Shown here piece by piece: positions 36,554 to 50,221 of a DNA stretch of 64,000 bases; position 1 is the stretch's first letter; the number at the start of each line of letters is the position of its first letter. A program made the translations under genes and the position numbers. The stretch is from assembly GCF_009834535.1 (NCBI RefSeq), contig NC_045697.1, positions 44,828,001 to 44,892,000 of the forward strand, read 5' to 3'. This stretch comes from Camelus ferus (taxonomy: Eukaryota). The notes under the pieces were generated by a model that did no database searches, was not told the DNA's origin, and worked only from the letters and a program-made list of their open reading frames with translations.

Positions 36554-37360
36554 TCTTCTCTTCCTCTTCCTCCTCCTCCTTCTCCTCCTTCTCCCTCCTC
36601 CTCCTCTTCTTCTTCTTCACTAAAGTATAGTTGATTTACAATACTGTGTTAGTTTCAGGCATACAGCAAAGTGATTCAGTTATATACATATATTTTATAT
36701 ATTTTTTGGATTATTTTCCATAATAGGTTATTACAAGATACTGAATATTGTTCCCTATGCTATACAGTAAATCCTTGTTATTTATTTTATGTATAGTAAT
36801 GTGTTTCTGTTAATCCCATACTCCTAATTTATCCCTCCCCCCTCCCTTTCCCCTTTGGTAACCATAAGTTTGTTTTCTATGTCTGTGAGTCAGTCTCTGT
36901 TTTGTATACAGATTCATTTGTATTATTTTCTAGATTCCATATATAAGTGATGTCATATGATATTTGTATTTCTTTGTCTGACTTCCTTCACTTAGTATGA
37001 TATTCTCTAGGTCCATCCATGTTGCTGCCAGTGTCAATTATTCATTCTTTTTTGTGGCTGAGTAGTATTCCATTGTATATGTATATCACAGCTTCTTTAT
37101 CCAATAATCTGTTGATGGACATTTAGGTTGCTTTCATGTCTTGGCTATTGTAAATAGTGCTGTTATGAACACTGGGGTGCATATGTCTTTTCAAATTAGA
37201 GTTTTCTCCAGATATGTGCCCAGGAGTGGGATTGCTGGATCATATAGTAGCTCTATTTTCAGTTTTTTTAAGGAACCTCCATACCATTTTCCATAATGGC
37301 TGCACCAAACTACATTCCCACCAGCAGTGTAGGAGGGTTCCCTTTTCTCCACACTCTCTC
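36554..37360 (-). mobile_element. 5'-truncated LINE-1 (artiodactyl type) whose tail is a (TTC/TCC)n tract
   Basis: aagtatagttgatttacaatactgtgttagtttcagg...caggagtgggattgctggatcat...aggagggttcccttttctccacac. A pyrimidine triplet tract at 36550-36618 occupies the poly(A) position. Confidence 0.93.
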
Positions 37361-38554
37361 CTTTAGCAGTCCTTTATTTTCTCAGATTCTGAAATGAACA
37401 CCATATGTTGTCACCTGCCCAACACCCATTCCCTCACTCTCTCTTCTTCTGTTAACAGCCCTCTGTTTTTTCTTTAGTGAACACCCTTTTTCCTACATGG
37501 GCTATTTAGTTGGGTGGGACTGAACACTGCCTCCCTCCACTCCCGTTGCCTTTAGCTCCAGGAGTAGGTAACTGATACCATGGCCAGTCAATGGGCTTGA
37601 ACTCACCAAAGTTGAGAACTGACAAGAACTTTCACTTTCAGGAAAAGAACTGCATGCCTAGAATATTTATCTTTTGGTATGCTGCAACTTCAAAGCATTA
37701 AGGGGGCTCCAAATATTTTATTGAGGCCAAGGTTAGTATCCAGTCAATTTTCAGGAAGAGTCAGTCATTAGCTAAATATTTTGTCAGTTCCACCGGCTTG
37801 CTATCTATCATTGGCGTGACCTACAATGACTGGAGAGACAGTCCTTGGCAGTTTGTATCTGGATCCCCTGCCCCTGCCCCTTGATAGCAAGCAGATTGCT
37901 AAGAATATGCAGGCAAAGCCCTTTCTGCTGGGTGAGATTGCCTCAGTGAAGCTGGGCTTTTCTCCTCTATAAAATAAAACAAAGTAATCTATACTTCCCT
38001 TTGGAGTCCTTTAATGTACAATGAATGATGAAGTTTTCTTATTTTGCCCTCCTTATTTTCCATAATTGAGAATGAAATTTATTTAGTGGACTGTATTGGC
38101 TACTTAGCATCTCTACATTACCCAAGGTAATTGTTACTCAGAGCCAGTTCTCAGTCGCTTGCATTTAAAGGTTTATTTTTCTTTTGTTGTGGTTTCTTGG
38201 CTTTGCTTCTGGCAGGGTAGACAAATTAATAAGCATCAGGTACTAAAGTATTTGCAATTAAATCTAAGTGGTATTAAAGGTCACCTGTTCCAAGAAAGCT
38301 TTTCTTTAAAAAAAAACAACAAAACCCTGCTTAAATCAATGCACATTGTGTATAGATTGTTCTCTGCTGCAATCCCTTTTGCATAGTCAGGTTTGATATA
38401 TTTTTATGCTAATTTAAAATGGGTAATAATTGCAAGTGTTAATCTTTAGCTTTACCACAGTTCCTTGATTGCTGTCAACTGTATTTTGAACTAGCTTTCT
38501 CTGATATAAAATAAGACAGATAGAAATGATGGCATCTATTTTAGCCCCCATACC

Positions 38555-39070
38555 ATTCACTTATTCAACAAATATTAGCTGAGTACTTATGTGTTCGCAG
38601 CTGGGGATGTAAAGATGGAAGGTGATGGATTGTCCGCTAGCGGTGTCCCAGTTTGGTAGAGAGACAGAGGAAGGAATAATTGCTAAGCTATGTGATTAGC
38701 TCAGCAACAAAGTGATGTTGAAAGTAGAGGGGAGGCTTTGACTAATTCCATGTTGAACCATAGTCTTTAGGGAAGAGATGTGTTTTCAGGGACGAGTAAG
38801 AGTTTTTTTTCCCAAAACAGTGGGAAAACAGCATGTCAGGTGGAGGAAGGAGCCTGTGCAAACCAAGGCAGTGTCAAATAATCTTCCTTATTTTGAGAAC
38901 TATAAGCAGTTTGATGTTTCTGGAATATAAGGTCTGAGGTGGGAGGTCTGGAAGTCTAGGCTGGGGGATTAAGTTGTGAAAGAACTCATGTTCTACCTGT
39001 GTTGAATTTTATCTTTTGGAGATAAAATGATGTTTAAAGCAAGGGGAATGAATGACATGATCAACACTAA
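38555..39070 (-). mobile_element. L2 fragment
   Basis: cattcacttattcaacaaatattagctgagtacttatgtg...caggtggaggaaggagcctgtgcaaa. Confidence 0.75.
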
Positions 39071-39184
39071 TTTTAATGGAACATGTAATCGGCAGCTGAC
39101 TATTTATGATAGCATAAGTAATTACACATAAATAATTAAAATCCTTAGATGAAAATTATTTGGCATAGTAAGTAAAAAATAGGT

Positions 39185-39290
39185 ATCAGGCCGGGTCCCA
39201 TTCCATGGACATTAAGTAACCGTGCGACTTTCAGAAAGTCATTTAGCATCTCTTGGCCTTGGTTTCCTTCTGTTTCCTCTTCATCTGACC
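39185..39290 (+). mobile_element. MIR fragment
   Basis: taaccgtgcgactttcagaaagtcatttagcatctcttggccttggtttcc. Confidence 0.65.
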
Positions 39291-40819
39291 AGTGATGCAA
39301 TTGCACACTTTCCCTGCCGTCTCCTCCAGTGCTAACTAATACTTTATGGATGTCACCCAGTGAGTTTGTTTCCTTCCTCCCCTACATTTTAAGAGAGCTT
39401 AAGTGGCAAAGAAAGGTGACTATCTCCAGCCCTGTTCTGCCAATAAAGGATAGGACATGTTCTATTCCCTCGTAACAGGATGGATTATTTTGATTAGCTG
39501 ACAATTGCTGGGCTTCCTTCAGGACTGTTGTGCTTGGATAAATCTGAAATTTCATATCCTGGGTTCTGGCTGAAAGTTAAAAAATCTGAGAAGATTAAAG
39601 GCAGAAATCATGTTTTATTTATCTATCTCCATTCTCCTGTGGTGAATTTTCTTTCTAAAGAAGTGACTGGCAGGAATCTTTTTGGACTTGTTTAATTGGC
39701 TTTCTCCATGCTCATCATATTTTCTGTGCATCTCCTTTTCTGTTTCTTCTTAGCTTGAGGTATTCTTTTTCATTTATCTCAAGGGTTATAGATTCAACAG
39801 AAAAGGCAGTGAAATAGCTGTTCTGTGTTACTGGAATGAATTGAAGAGGAGGCTTTTTCATGTCTTCATCCGAAGTCAAAATGATATGGTGTCGAATGAG
39901 TTGTTCCCAGGGAAAGGAGTTAGCCAATGCGAATGACCTCAGAGAATCAAATACGGCTTGTTGTCATCTAGTTCGCTGGTGTATGAGTTAGGATATATTC
40001 ATGGTCAGACTGAGTCTTCTCACCTTTATGACACCAAGTCTAATGTGACATGCATAACTTTTGATTAAGTGATCCTTCTGCTTCTGAGTACTCATTCAAA
40101 AGGGAGCTGATATGCTGTATGAAGGCTGAGGTCTGGAAATAGGGAGTCCTAAAACGTACTTAAAAACCGTTTTTAAATGATCATAGTGATACAAAGATCA
40201 CAACATTTTCTATAGGATTAATTTACATTTTTGAATATGTGATTAATGAAGTTTTCTATGAGCTAGACTTCAAGTTCCTAGAAAATCTTACTATTGTGAG
40301 ATTCACATTCAATACCCTCACTGCTCACTTCAGAAGATGTTTACATAAGGCTGAAAAGAAGAAGAAAACAGCTGCAGATTCTCTTTCCCTGGCTTCATGC
40401 AGCCTTGCATAGTTTGCATATGATTTGCATAATTTAATGTCAAAATGTACAGAATCTTCTTCCATCTTTGCAGCTTTCTCACCAGGGTCTTTTAGTCTTT
40501 ACTTTATTCTGTAAATATCTTAAACTGTGGTTCTTGGTTATATTTACTTGCTCTTTAGTTTCTAGGATAAAATACCTGTAGTTGGAGGAAATCCCATCTT
40601 CACTTTGTCTAATAGTATTCATTTATCTATGCAAGTTTCAGTGGATCATTTGGCTTAGGAGTGACTGGTTTCCTCATTATTCCAGGCTTTTAGGTATATA
40701 TTTACTGACTGAAGTGTGCTGCACAAAGACATTGTTTGATCGGCTTCCTCCACGGGGAAGAGTAATAAATGGCTTCCATTTAAGGAAAATACACATTGTG
40801 TGTTAACAGTATGAGGCAA

Positions 40820-41060
40820 GAGGATGTGGTAGTTAACCACATGGGCGTGAGATGCCAACTGGCTGGATGGGAACCTTGGTGTTGCTACTTATTGGTTATA
40901 TAAGCTTTGGCGATTATTTAAGCTCTCTGTGCCTCAATAGAGATTTTAAACTATCTATCTTAGACAGTTTGTTGTGAAAACTAAATGACTTCATTCATTT
41001 AAAAGCTTAGATTTGTGTTAAAAATATTAGCTGCTATCATCATTTCTTAATAATGATAAT
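40820..41060 (+). mobile_element. MIR SINE
   Basis: gtggtagttaaccacatgggc...ttatttaagctctctgtgcctca...gttgtgaaaactaaatga. Confidence 0.75.
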
Positions 41061-43547
41061 AACTCATAGACTTAATGACTGTTCCAAGCCCGCAAGTAAT
41101 CCTCTGTATCTCTATGCCGCAATAATCGGTAAGGCTGCTCTTTCCTTTTCAGCTTGGTACCACAAAGGGATATGGGAAGAGGGATCTGAAAAGCCTGTTT
41201 TTTTAATGTTAAGAAGTCAAATGTAACTATATAAAGCTGAGCTGCTTTTGAGTTAATCTCTGCCCTCTGTCACTTAAAAACAAGCCAGAAAAACCCCAAA
41301 ACAAAAACAAAACCCAAACTCTAAACACCTGTCCAGTAGCACAATGAAAAGTACTGAAAGTAGTTTTAATTGTAAGTGTCTCAGCCTCTTTACACAGTTT
41401 AAGGAAGGAAACAAAAACTCTGTCCCCATCTCTTTTTCTTTCAGTTCTATATTTCGTCAATACATAAAATAATGATGTCCTTTCTGAGCAGTAGCATCTC
41501 AGATTCAACGAAATAGGATGTCTCACATGGCATGGTAGTTGCTCCCCAAACTTCTTTCCTCAAAGGACTCTGCCACAAACAATCTGCATCTGTGTGTATC
41601 TTTCTCATTGTCTTCTTTGCATTTCTGGATCTCGTCTCTCCTCCTCTCCCCTCTCCCCTCTTCTTCTCTCTAGATACAAATCTTGTTAGCTGTTCTGACT
41701 CTTTCTGTCCTCTAATTCATCCTGTACCTCAACTCAGTGCAATGACAGACCCAGACCTGGTAGCTGTCCCAGCCATAAAGACCCATTTCTCTGGTAAAGG
41801 AGAGGAAAGGGAAAGGGTATGACTATATTAATTTTGTTTTACAAATCGTTTTGCAAGTATATCTGCAGAAGCATGTTTCCAGGCCAAAACTCACCTCTCC
41901 AGCCTGCCTTATCTGAGCCCATTACCACGTAAGTCTACTCCTCTTTCTTAGACATCACCAAGTTAGAGAGCATACACCTGCTCCACCTCAATCTACTCTT
42001 GATAGAGAGCATGACTCAATAGATTAACACTGTGGCAGGTCTCAGGGTGCCTGAGATTTATTTTGGAGTTGAAAATAGCTTATGGTTTTCTACAATCTTT
42101 CCCCCAATATGATATAATAATAATCTGTGCTTCATTGTTAAGTGTTCGGAACATATAGCAGTCAGTGGGAACTCACAGGAGGAATGGCCATCTTTCTGAG
42201 TGGGGAAGGAATTTGAGAAGAGGTAATAATTCAAATATATATTGAACAGATGAGTGATTGCTGAATAGGCATGTTGCTGGGGTGGGGAGCAGATTTAGGA
42301 AGGGATTGGGTAGAAATGAGGAAATATAAGACCAATTCAGGTGAAGACATGAGCAAATACACAGAGTCAGGAAACTTTTAGAAGTGCCCATTCAGTGGAC
42401 AATGAGGAGATTGGCTTTTGTGAAGCATAGGGCTCAAGGAGAGGGCAGGGTTCCTGAGGAAGCCTGCTAAATTTAATTTAGATGTGCTGAGTTTGTATGT
42501 CTAAATTACCCAGGTGAGGAGATCTAAGAAAATTATACACAGGTTTGAAATAGTGGTACATCTTTGAATGGAAATACAGATTTGGGAGTTTTGAACAATT
42601 TAATGAGTTGTTTGGAGAAATGGAATAATAAAGATGGATGGGCAGATGATTGTTGTCATAGATCATTATATTACAGTTTAGGATTTTAGAAGTAGAGCCG
42701 GCCTGAATGATAATAAACTCTAGGATGAGAAAATTAAAATGAAGATGATGCAAAATAATGTTAACTGATCGCTTTTATAATAACATTTGAAAATGCCTCT
42801 GCTGTTTTCAGAATGATTTTCAAATAAAATAATGAAGAACATCATAAGAACCAGATTAGGAGTCTGAATGTCTCCTTGTCTAGCTGCCCTGCCTTATTTC
42901 TTGTACAACTTAATCCCTGGTAGAAAGTAGCTACTCTTAGGCTCACATAAGCTTTGGCTTCTTTTTAGACTTCTCTAGAAGAGGGAGTGGTGCCTGTAAA
43001 AGTGCTCCAAGTGCAAGATAGTTGTCAGCAGTACTACACTGAAGACATTAGAGATTAGCTGTCAATAGGGAATGTTAACATGTCCCAGTGTAGGAAAAGT
43101 AATGGTCCAAGGCAGGTCTGAAAGTGACTGTACCTAGAGGTGAGGTTGGGGCCTTCTAAGGACTGCTTCTCGGTTCTCCTCCTACTTACGGTGAAATTCA
43201 CTTGGGTTATAGATGATGTGGGTACCTGACTATCATCTTCTTGAAGGTGTTAATGAACTTTATACTGCTTGTTCATAGATGATACAAGTTGTCTTGTTCT
43301 CAAGTCTTCAAGAGGGACTAGTTTCCAACCTCTCCCTTACTTCACTCTGTGCGATCGTACAGTGATGCCCTAAAGATGTAATGTATTCACCATCTGAGTC
43401 TTTTGGAGTGGTAATGGTCTAATCTTGTTTACTGAAAGCAGTTTTTCCTGATCTATATATTTATGTGTTAATTATTAATTATGTCAAGATGATTTTGACC
43501 ATGATTGAGCACTTTAAATCCTTAACCAGTCATTTACCCAAAAAAAG

Positions 43548-43549
<2 letters not shown>

Positions 43550-43580
<31 letters not shown>
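43550..43580. repeat. (CA)15 microsatellite
   Basis: Perfect CA run. Confidence 0.98.
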
Positions 43581-43583
<3 letters not shown>

Positions 43584-43970
43584 AAGGCTAGACAAATGCA
43601 TTCTCCTTGTTATGGAGGTTTTAGGTCACAAACCACCCTGTAGTCTCTTAAGTCTTCTGGACAGCAGTGAGCATGACCCCTTCCCCAAAGTAGGTCTGAG
43701 GCTCAGACTGAAAACATGCCCCTACTACTTGCTCAGCCTCCTTCCTCTAGTTTCACTCTGTACCATTATGTGCATCCTGGTGGTCAGAAGAGGTAAGAAA
43801 AGAGGGTGAAAGGAGAAGGAGGACATGTCTCTGGTAGCCTAGCACTAAGGACTAAGGCAGCTTCTACAGAGCTCATTTATCCTGGGTCTGACCCCTAATG
43901 TCTGCTTGCCTTTCTGAGGAGGGGATGTGGAGGGGATGAAGGAAGAAGAGAAAAAGAGGGAGGAGAAGAA

Positions 43971-43989
43971 TGGCGCCCCCTACTGTTGG
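43971..43989 (-). promoter_or_regulatory. Candidate CTCF binding site
   Basis: Reverse complement ccaACAGTAGGGGGCGCCA fits the CTCF core CCASYAGRKGGCRS at 13 of 14 positions, with the CpG retained. Confidence 0.55.
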
Positions 43990-46900
43990 TTAGCAGTTGG
44001 GGATCCAACAGGAAGAGGGCAGGAGAGAGAATCCTAAAAGAAGTCAGGATTCTAAATCACTGAATTACCCAGAAGGCAGACCTTTAACCCTTGTTATACC
44101 CCTAACGTAACTGTCTGTGATCCAATACTGTCCTTGCTGCCACCATCCCCATCACATGCTTCCCTTAGCAGTGGAAGTAGAAAAATGGGGGAGGAGCTGT
44201 GGGCTCCTTCTAGAGATCATTTGTTTGTTTATTCAACACATATTAATACTTACTGAGTACCTGTTTGTGCTGCCATTTTTCTAGACACCATGTACAAACT
44301 TACAGTGAGTGAGAAAGAGAGACTTAGAAAAGAAACTGAAATTTTGATTGTTGTCTCTGGATTTAAACAGAATGAAAACTGTTCTCAATTACTCTGATAT
44401 ATTTAATTTTCCTTGTGAACAAGTGCTATATAGAATGTGGGTAGGTGATTTCTACATCGATTTAGAGTCTCTTGCTTCTATATATTTACAAAAAATTTAT
44501 TGATATATTGTATTGAATTACTATAGATTGGGAAATTATACAAGTCTATTTCATTCTGAGTTAAATTTTGGAGGAGATGTACCAATTTACTGCCTTGGCA
44601 GGTTGCTTAAAGTGGCTGTATGGTTTTTAGTCTTCTGATAGCCAAGCTGAAGAGTGCCAGGGTATTTGGCAAGATTTCTGTCCCACTGTGCAGTCAGACA
44701 GACATATGTTGAACTGTGGAATAAGCCCAAACCTTTTCTTGGACTGGAGACCTGTAGACCCCATGAGGATGTAAGTCATGGTCACTAATTATAGAACTTT
44801 ACATTGAAGACCTGCAAATGTGTAGCTGAGATGGTAAGTGTGTGGTTTTCTGTTAATTGAGAGCAGATATGAGCCACTTTGACTGAAGGTAGAGTTTCTG
44901 GACTACTGGTAAATTAGCTAGAGATTACCAACACAAGGATGTCCCCATGCTGATTTTTGGCCAGAGAATCTTGGCACCAAAGAAGGCTTTCTTGGCCAGC
45001 CCCCATGAACAAACTGGCCTAGAGTCTGACATTGAGAGTTGATAATAATCCAAGACAAAGGTGCACTTTTTGAAGAACATGTGAAGTCCTGATTTTACTC
45101 ATTTTTATTTCTTTCCATAATTAATTTCTCTAGAAATAGTTATAACTGAATAATTTCTCCTTTATGAATTTCTCTATTAATAATTACATTTGAATTCAGC
45201 CCATCTGCTCTTCTGTAATGCTTTCTAAGTGAAATTACCAGTTATTTCTAAAGAGAGAATTGGTATGTTGTTCCCTTTGTTTTTGGTTAAATTTTAGAAG
45301 TTGAATTCTGTGTCTTTGGGCAGTTTAGTAAGTTCCACATACTTCTGATGACGGTGTCTGGAAACCTCTTCCTAAGTACTTAGGAGTAAAGAGTCTGGTA
45401 GGAATAACTGGATGTGAAAATGTAAAATTATGACCACATTTATCATCTTATAACAAGTTTTGTGCCCCTTGTGGCGAACCTTTCTGTGACTATGAGAGTT
45501 TGAACAGCAATAGGTTGCTTCCTTCCCTTAAGTTATGAATTAAAAGTCCTTGATCCTTCCTTGGTGAAAATGGGGAGATTTCCAGCAGGAGAGCAAAGTC
45601 GGCAGTGTTGGCATGGAGTGCTGTTAGCTGGACAGCTCCACCACCCAGACCAACCTGGTCCAATCTTTTTGCTACTTGTTCCATATTTTGGATAGATTAG
45701 TGTCCCTCTTAAGTGCTTACATATTTAATCATTCACTAAAATATATTTAATCTCTTCTTTCTCTAGGTCTTCATTTTGCCTTGTTTCAGGTTTTCATAGT
45801 ATTGCATTATATGGAAACATGACTCATGTGTCTTATTATTTCTCCTATTATAGCAGAGATCAATGAATTTTGCTCTAAATTTCAAATAATTTTTTAGTAA
45901 CTAGCCATGAGCATTATGACATAGGTGTATTCTTGTGAATTATGTCCTTACTTGAATACCTGCCTATACCGCTATGTTGAAATAGAATTAGCTCTGAATT
46001 AGTATGATTTCAGAAATAATGCATTCTTGAAATTCATATGAAAGCTGAATGCATCAAATATGTTCAATGGACTTCAAACTTTCATGATGCCATGGGGTCA
46101 GATGGAGAGCTAGTGCTACAAAGCTAAAGTGTATTTTAAAATCCTAATCATATTTCATGCACATTCTTTAATTTTTTTCTTTCCCATGGAACACACAGTT
46201 GACTTAAGTCCCATCATGTTCTCACTGAACATTCAGATTTGTCACTTTAAATAGAGCTAAAATTTGCTTCTTTTATTTTTTTAATCTAAGAACTTGGTAT
46301 TTTTCTCCATTGATTCTTCTGTTATGACTTTAATTGAAGTTCAGTAGTTTACTTCTTAAGTAGTCAGCTACCTTTCTTGTTAAGTTTATTCCTAGGATTT
46401 ATCTATTTCCTATAATTTCTGGAATATAAGAAATCTATTAATTTTTCTATATTGATCTTTAGTTAGCTTCTTTGCTAAAATCTCTTATTAGCTCTTAGAG
46501 CTGTTGATTTTTCTGAACAGACTACCATGTGGTCTGCAACCAATGGCACTTTGTCTCTGTTTCCAAAATTTATGCTCATTTCATTTTCTTTTCATATTGG
46601 ATTGGCTTTTAATATAATATTAAACAGTAGTTACAGTGGATGTCCTGTCTTTCTCTCTCTTTTGTATCATACTTTTCATGAAATCTTTATTTCTTATCAT
46701 AAATTTAGCATATGAATCAATTGATTTTTATTTCATTTTGCTTTTTAAAAAGGGGACAAAAAGAAGAAATGAAATATTCAAATAATTGCACATAAGGTAC
46801 TATGACATGGGCAAAGGGATGTCAATGCTGGAACTGAATTGATGGCCAACTGGCAGTATTGCTGTACAATGGCCTGAAATGTTCTTGGGAAGTTTATGTT

Positions 46901-48463
46901 CCAAAGACTACCTTATGATAGAACAGGTTTGTTTTGGGATGTTTGTGAAGGTGTGAGTTGTATCATAGTCCAAAGTTATAAACATGACATCTTCCTATAA
47001 TAAATATGGCTGTGACTGTTGAAAACATGGTCAGGGTTTTTTTTTTTTTTTTTTAATGATTGCTGGGATTAGATCACTAATTATCAAGAATGGGAGAGGG
47101 TACAACTGCCTTCCTCATTACCTCATAAATAAAAATTGGAACATGGTTTTCTAACAGTTTATGATTTTAGGCCAAAGTAAGTAGAAGTATAGAGTAAGAG
47201 AGGACACTGAGTAAGAATATTCATCAGCAGGGAATTAAATTGCTTTCATGTAATGAAATTGTTGGATCTTTAAATAAGAATTGATAACTTAGAAATATAC
47301 ATAACCAAGCACCAAAATACTCTATGAAAAAAAATCATCCTCTGATAGCAAGAAGAAATTCTAGAAATACTAAAAGATAACTGTAGAAATTTAGCTGATG
47401 AAAAAGTTTAAAACATTTCCCCCCTGGCCTGGAGAGGCTGTAGTTTTTGTTTTTGTTTTTTTTAAACAACAATGGAATAGTATATTCAAAGTAACTCATG
47501 GGAAGAGGTTTGACTGAAAATCCCTCTAGGACGTTCACAGTGGATCAACAGAAAAGCTAATGCCTCTGTAGTGAGTAGTGGCCTCGTGACTGCTGAGCTG
47601 GCCAGGGCCCGAAGGGCAGTCACCAGCCTTCCTTATGACATATCCAAAGATGTGTGATGATCTTTGGCTTGGTCAAGGCCCCTGTCCTTATCTGAGGGTG
47701 TCTGATTTGGAGAGTATAACAGAACAAGAAGATGTGTTTCCAGGTGGATTCCCCCCTCTAGCATTGACTTCATTGATCCTTTTTGTACATCCAATGCTCT
47801 AGTCAGTCTGGATTAGTAGCTTTTCCCCAAACACTGCCACCACCCTTTACGCATCTAAGCCTTTCCTCTTGGCTGTTACGTCTGTCTGAAGTTACTTATC
47901 TGCCTTTTTCATCTGCCAGACTCCAACGCAGTGCTGAAAGGCTAGTTGACCTCGAGTGGTTTAAGCAGGAAATTGTAGCAACACTTCACGTCCCACCTGC
48001 TCTCTCTCTCCAGTCCTCTACCACTGACCAAATACAAAACTAACAAAATCATCTTCTCTCTGAACTTCCTGAGCACTTTTTACTTCTTTGGTACATTTTA
48101 GTTTTCACAGCAATTGTTCATTTTGATCTCTCTACCAAATTATAAACTCAACAAGGAAGAAAACACTGTGTCTTAGTCATTCACTTATTCATTGTGCATT
48201 TTCCTCTGCCCTCCCCCTATTCACTTTCCATTGTACTTTGTATATTGTAGATATTCAAACAAATATTAACTTACCTTGAAGGTAAATTTCATTGTTGAAA
48301 TAAGATCAAAGCACATGACATGAACCGTTTAAAACGCTCTGAAATAGGAAGTTAAATAAAAGAAGGTAAAAGAGTCAAGAGCTTTTGTCTTTAAAGTCTC
48401 TTACATCAAGATAATGATAGTAGTGTATCTAGTGGAACAGTAAAAGGGCTCTTATTTGACTGG

Positions 48464-48875
48464 TTTATGTCAGATTCCTTGGAAACACACTCTGACATGG
48501 AGATTTGCGCATAAGAAGTTTCCTGGGGAGTCCCTTTTGCCTGTATGAGGCCAACGCTTGTGGGTGGGAGGAAGCAGGAAGCAGGCAGGACTGAGGAGTT
48601 CCAACATAGGTCTGAGCTGATTCCCCGCAGAGTTCTGATCTGGATGTCACTTCAGAGTTGTTCTATCTCATGTCTAGAGGGCCAAGTCTTTATACCACCC
48701 TGTTGACCATTATTGGAAAAGGGTCGGTGACCTTGGGCTAAGTGGCACCTTTTGGCTGGAGGCAATCATGAGAAAGGGACTCAGCTGAGAGCCACCAGCT
48801 GCCAATACTCCCAGCAGCTCTGACCTGGCCTCAGTTCTGAAGAGGGGATCTGAGTGGCACACCGCAGCATCCATC
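48464..48875 (-). mobile_element. ERVL solo LTR (LTR16A-like)
   Basis: gtcagattccttggaaacacactctgacatggagatttgcgcataagaagttt...gggactcagctgagagccaccagctgccaatactcccagcagc...ggggatctgagtggcacaccgcagcatcc. Homologous in opposite orientation to 20410-20814. Confidence 0.85.
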
Positions 48876-49944
48876 AGTGCTACACTAACACCATCAGGGT
48901 ACAGGTTGGTTAAAACTCAGGTAAAGAGGAGAATAGTAAAAAGCAATACATACATCAACAAAAGACTTTATTTCAACTTAAATATATAAATATGTGTTTA
49001 TTTGCTAGTCTTTCAATTATAGAAACAAGGCTTTATTTGAGCACGGACTCTCTGGTTGATGTTTTGCATCTTTCATCAAGTGACACGAGAAGATCATTGT
49101 GCAAAACATCCTGTTTCAATATTTGTGAAACATCATTGTCCTTTTTACATATAATTTGAAAGCAGTATTTTTACTGATTTGCCTTTGTTATATCTTAGTT
49201 TTAAAACTTGATCTTATATTTCATCATAGTGTTAATGCACCTATATGGAAGTATCAAACAGTTCTATAAGCCTTATCATTAAAAACAGCCGTACTCCATC
49301 CCACCCACCCCCACCTTTGATCGTCTCTCCATAGGCAGCCGCTTTAGCTCTCTTGTCTCCTTTTCACCTGGACTTATATCCGTATAAACATCTCGATGTT
49401 TATGTTGTTATTTTTGTCTTAATTTTTCAGTTTAGATATTTTCTATTGATGTCTACTACAGAAATTGATGATTCAGTTTTCTTATATCCCTAATCTCTGT
49501 CTCCCTGGCTCTGTTCTTCAACACATACTTCCCCTGATGTCTTCCAATTATGGTTATGTTTTAAAGTTGTGGTTTGTATTTTTAAGCCTGCGTTACTCTC
49601 ATTTACAGCTGAGCCATGGAGTATGCTATGATTTCATTTACTTTTCTATGTAACTTTCAGGGGTTTTTTGGAGTTAGTAATTACCAGAAACTCTCTATGC
49701 CTCAATTTCTTCAACTGTAAAATGGGGATAACTGTACCTACCTCTTAGGGCAGTCAGAGCTATAAAAGTGTTAATTATTAGTTTTCATTGATTTTCTTCT
49801 TTATATATATCAATCCCTAATTTATCTCAAACTTTTTAACAGGTCTGTAAATATGCTTTCAGTACACTTCATCACATATTGAGTGCTCAGTCAGTAAGTG
49901 CCAAAAACATGCATAGCCAATACTCTAAACTGTGCAAAGTAATT

Positions 49945-50112
49945 TAATGGAGAGAACAAAGTGTTTGGAACTGGGAGGCCAGGTTCAAGGCTTGGGTCTC
50001 CGCTGCCTAGCTGTATGACCTTGGGCTAGTCTAGTTGAATCGCAGTTTTATAATCTGCAAATAAGAGGATTGGATTAGATAATCCCCAGGGTCTCTCTCC
50101 AGTTCCATGATT
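49945..50112 (+). mobile_element. MIR SINE (MIR3-like)
   Basis: ctagctgtatgaccttgggctagtc...cagttttataatctgcaaataagaggattggattagat. A further MIR core lies at about 49690-49770. Confidence 0.78.
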
Positions 50113-50221
50113 CTGTTAATGAAATAAAGGATATGCAGAAAATGTCAAGCATGTTAAGATTGCAGTGATATTAGCTGCCACCACTTCTAGTGCCACGTCC
50201 ATAAGACCTCTTAATAACCTC

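Noticed and set aside
45461..45478. CTCF-like gccacaaggggcac (also aagcagagggcgtc at about 22765)
   Set aside because: Wrong spacing or a poor 5' half compared with the CTCF core.
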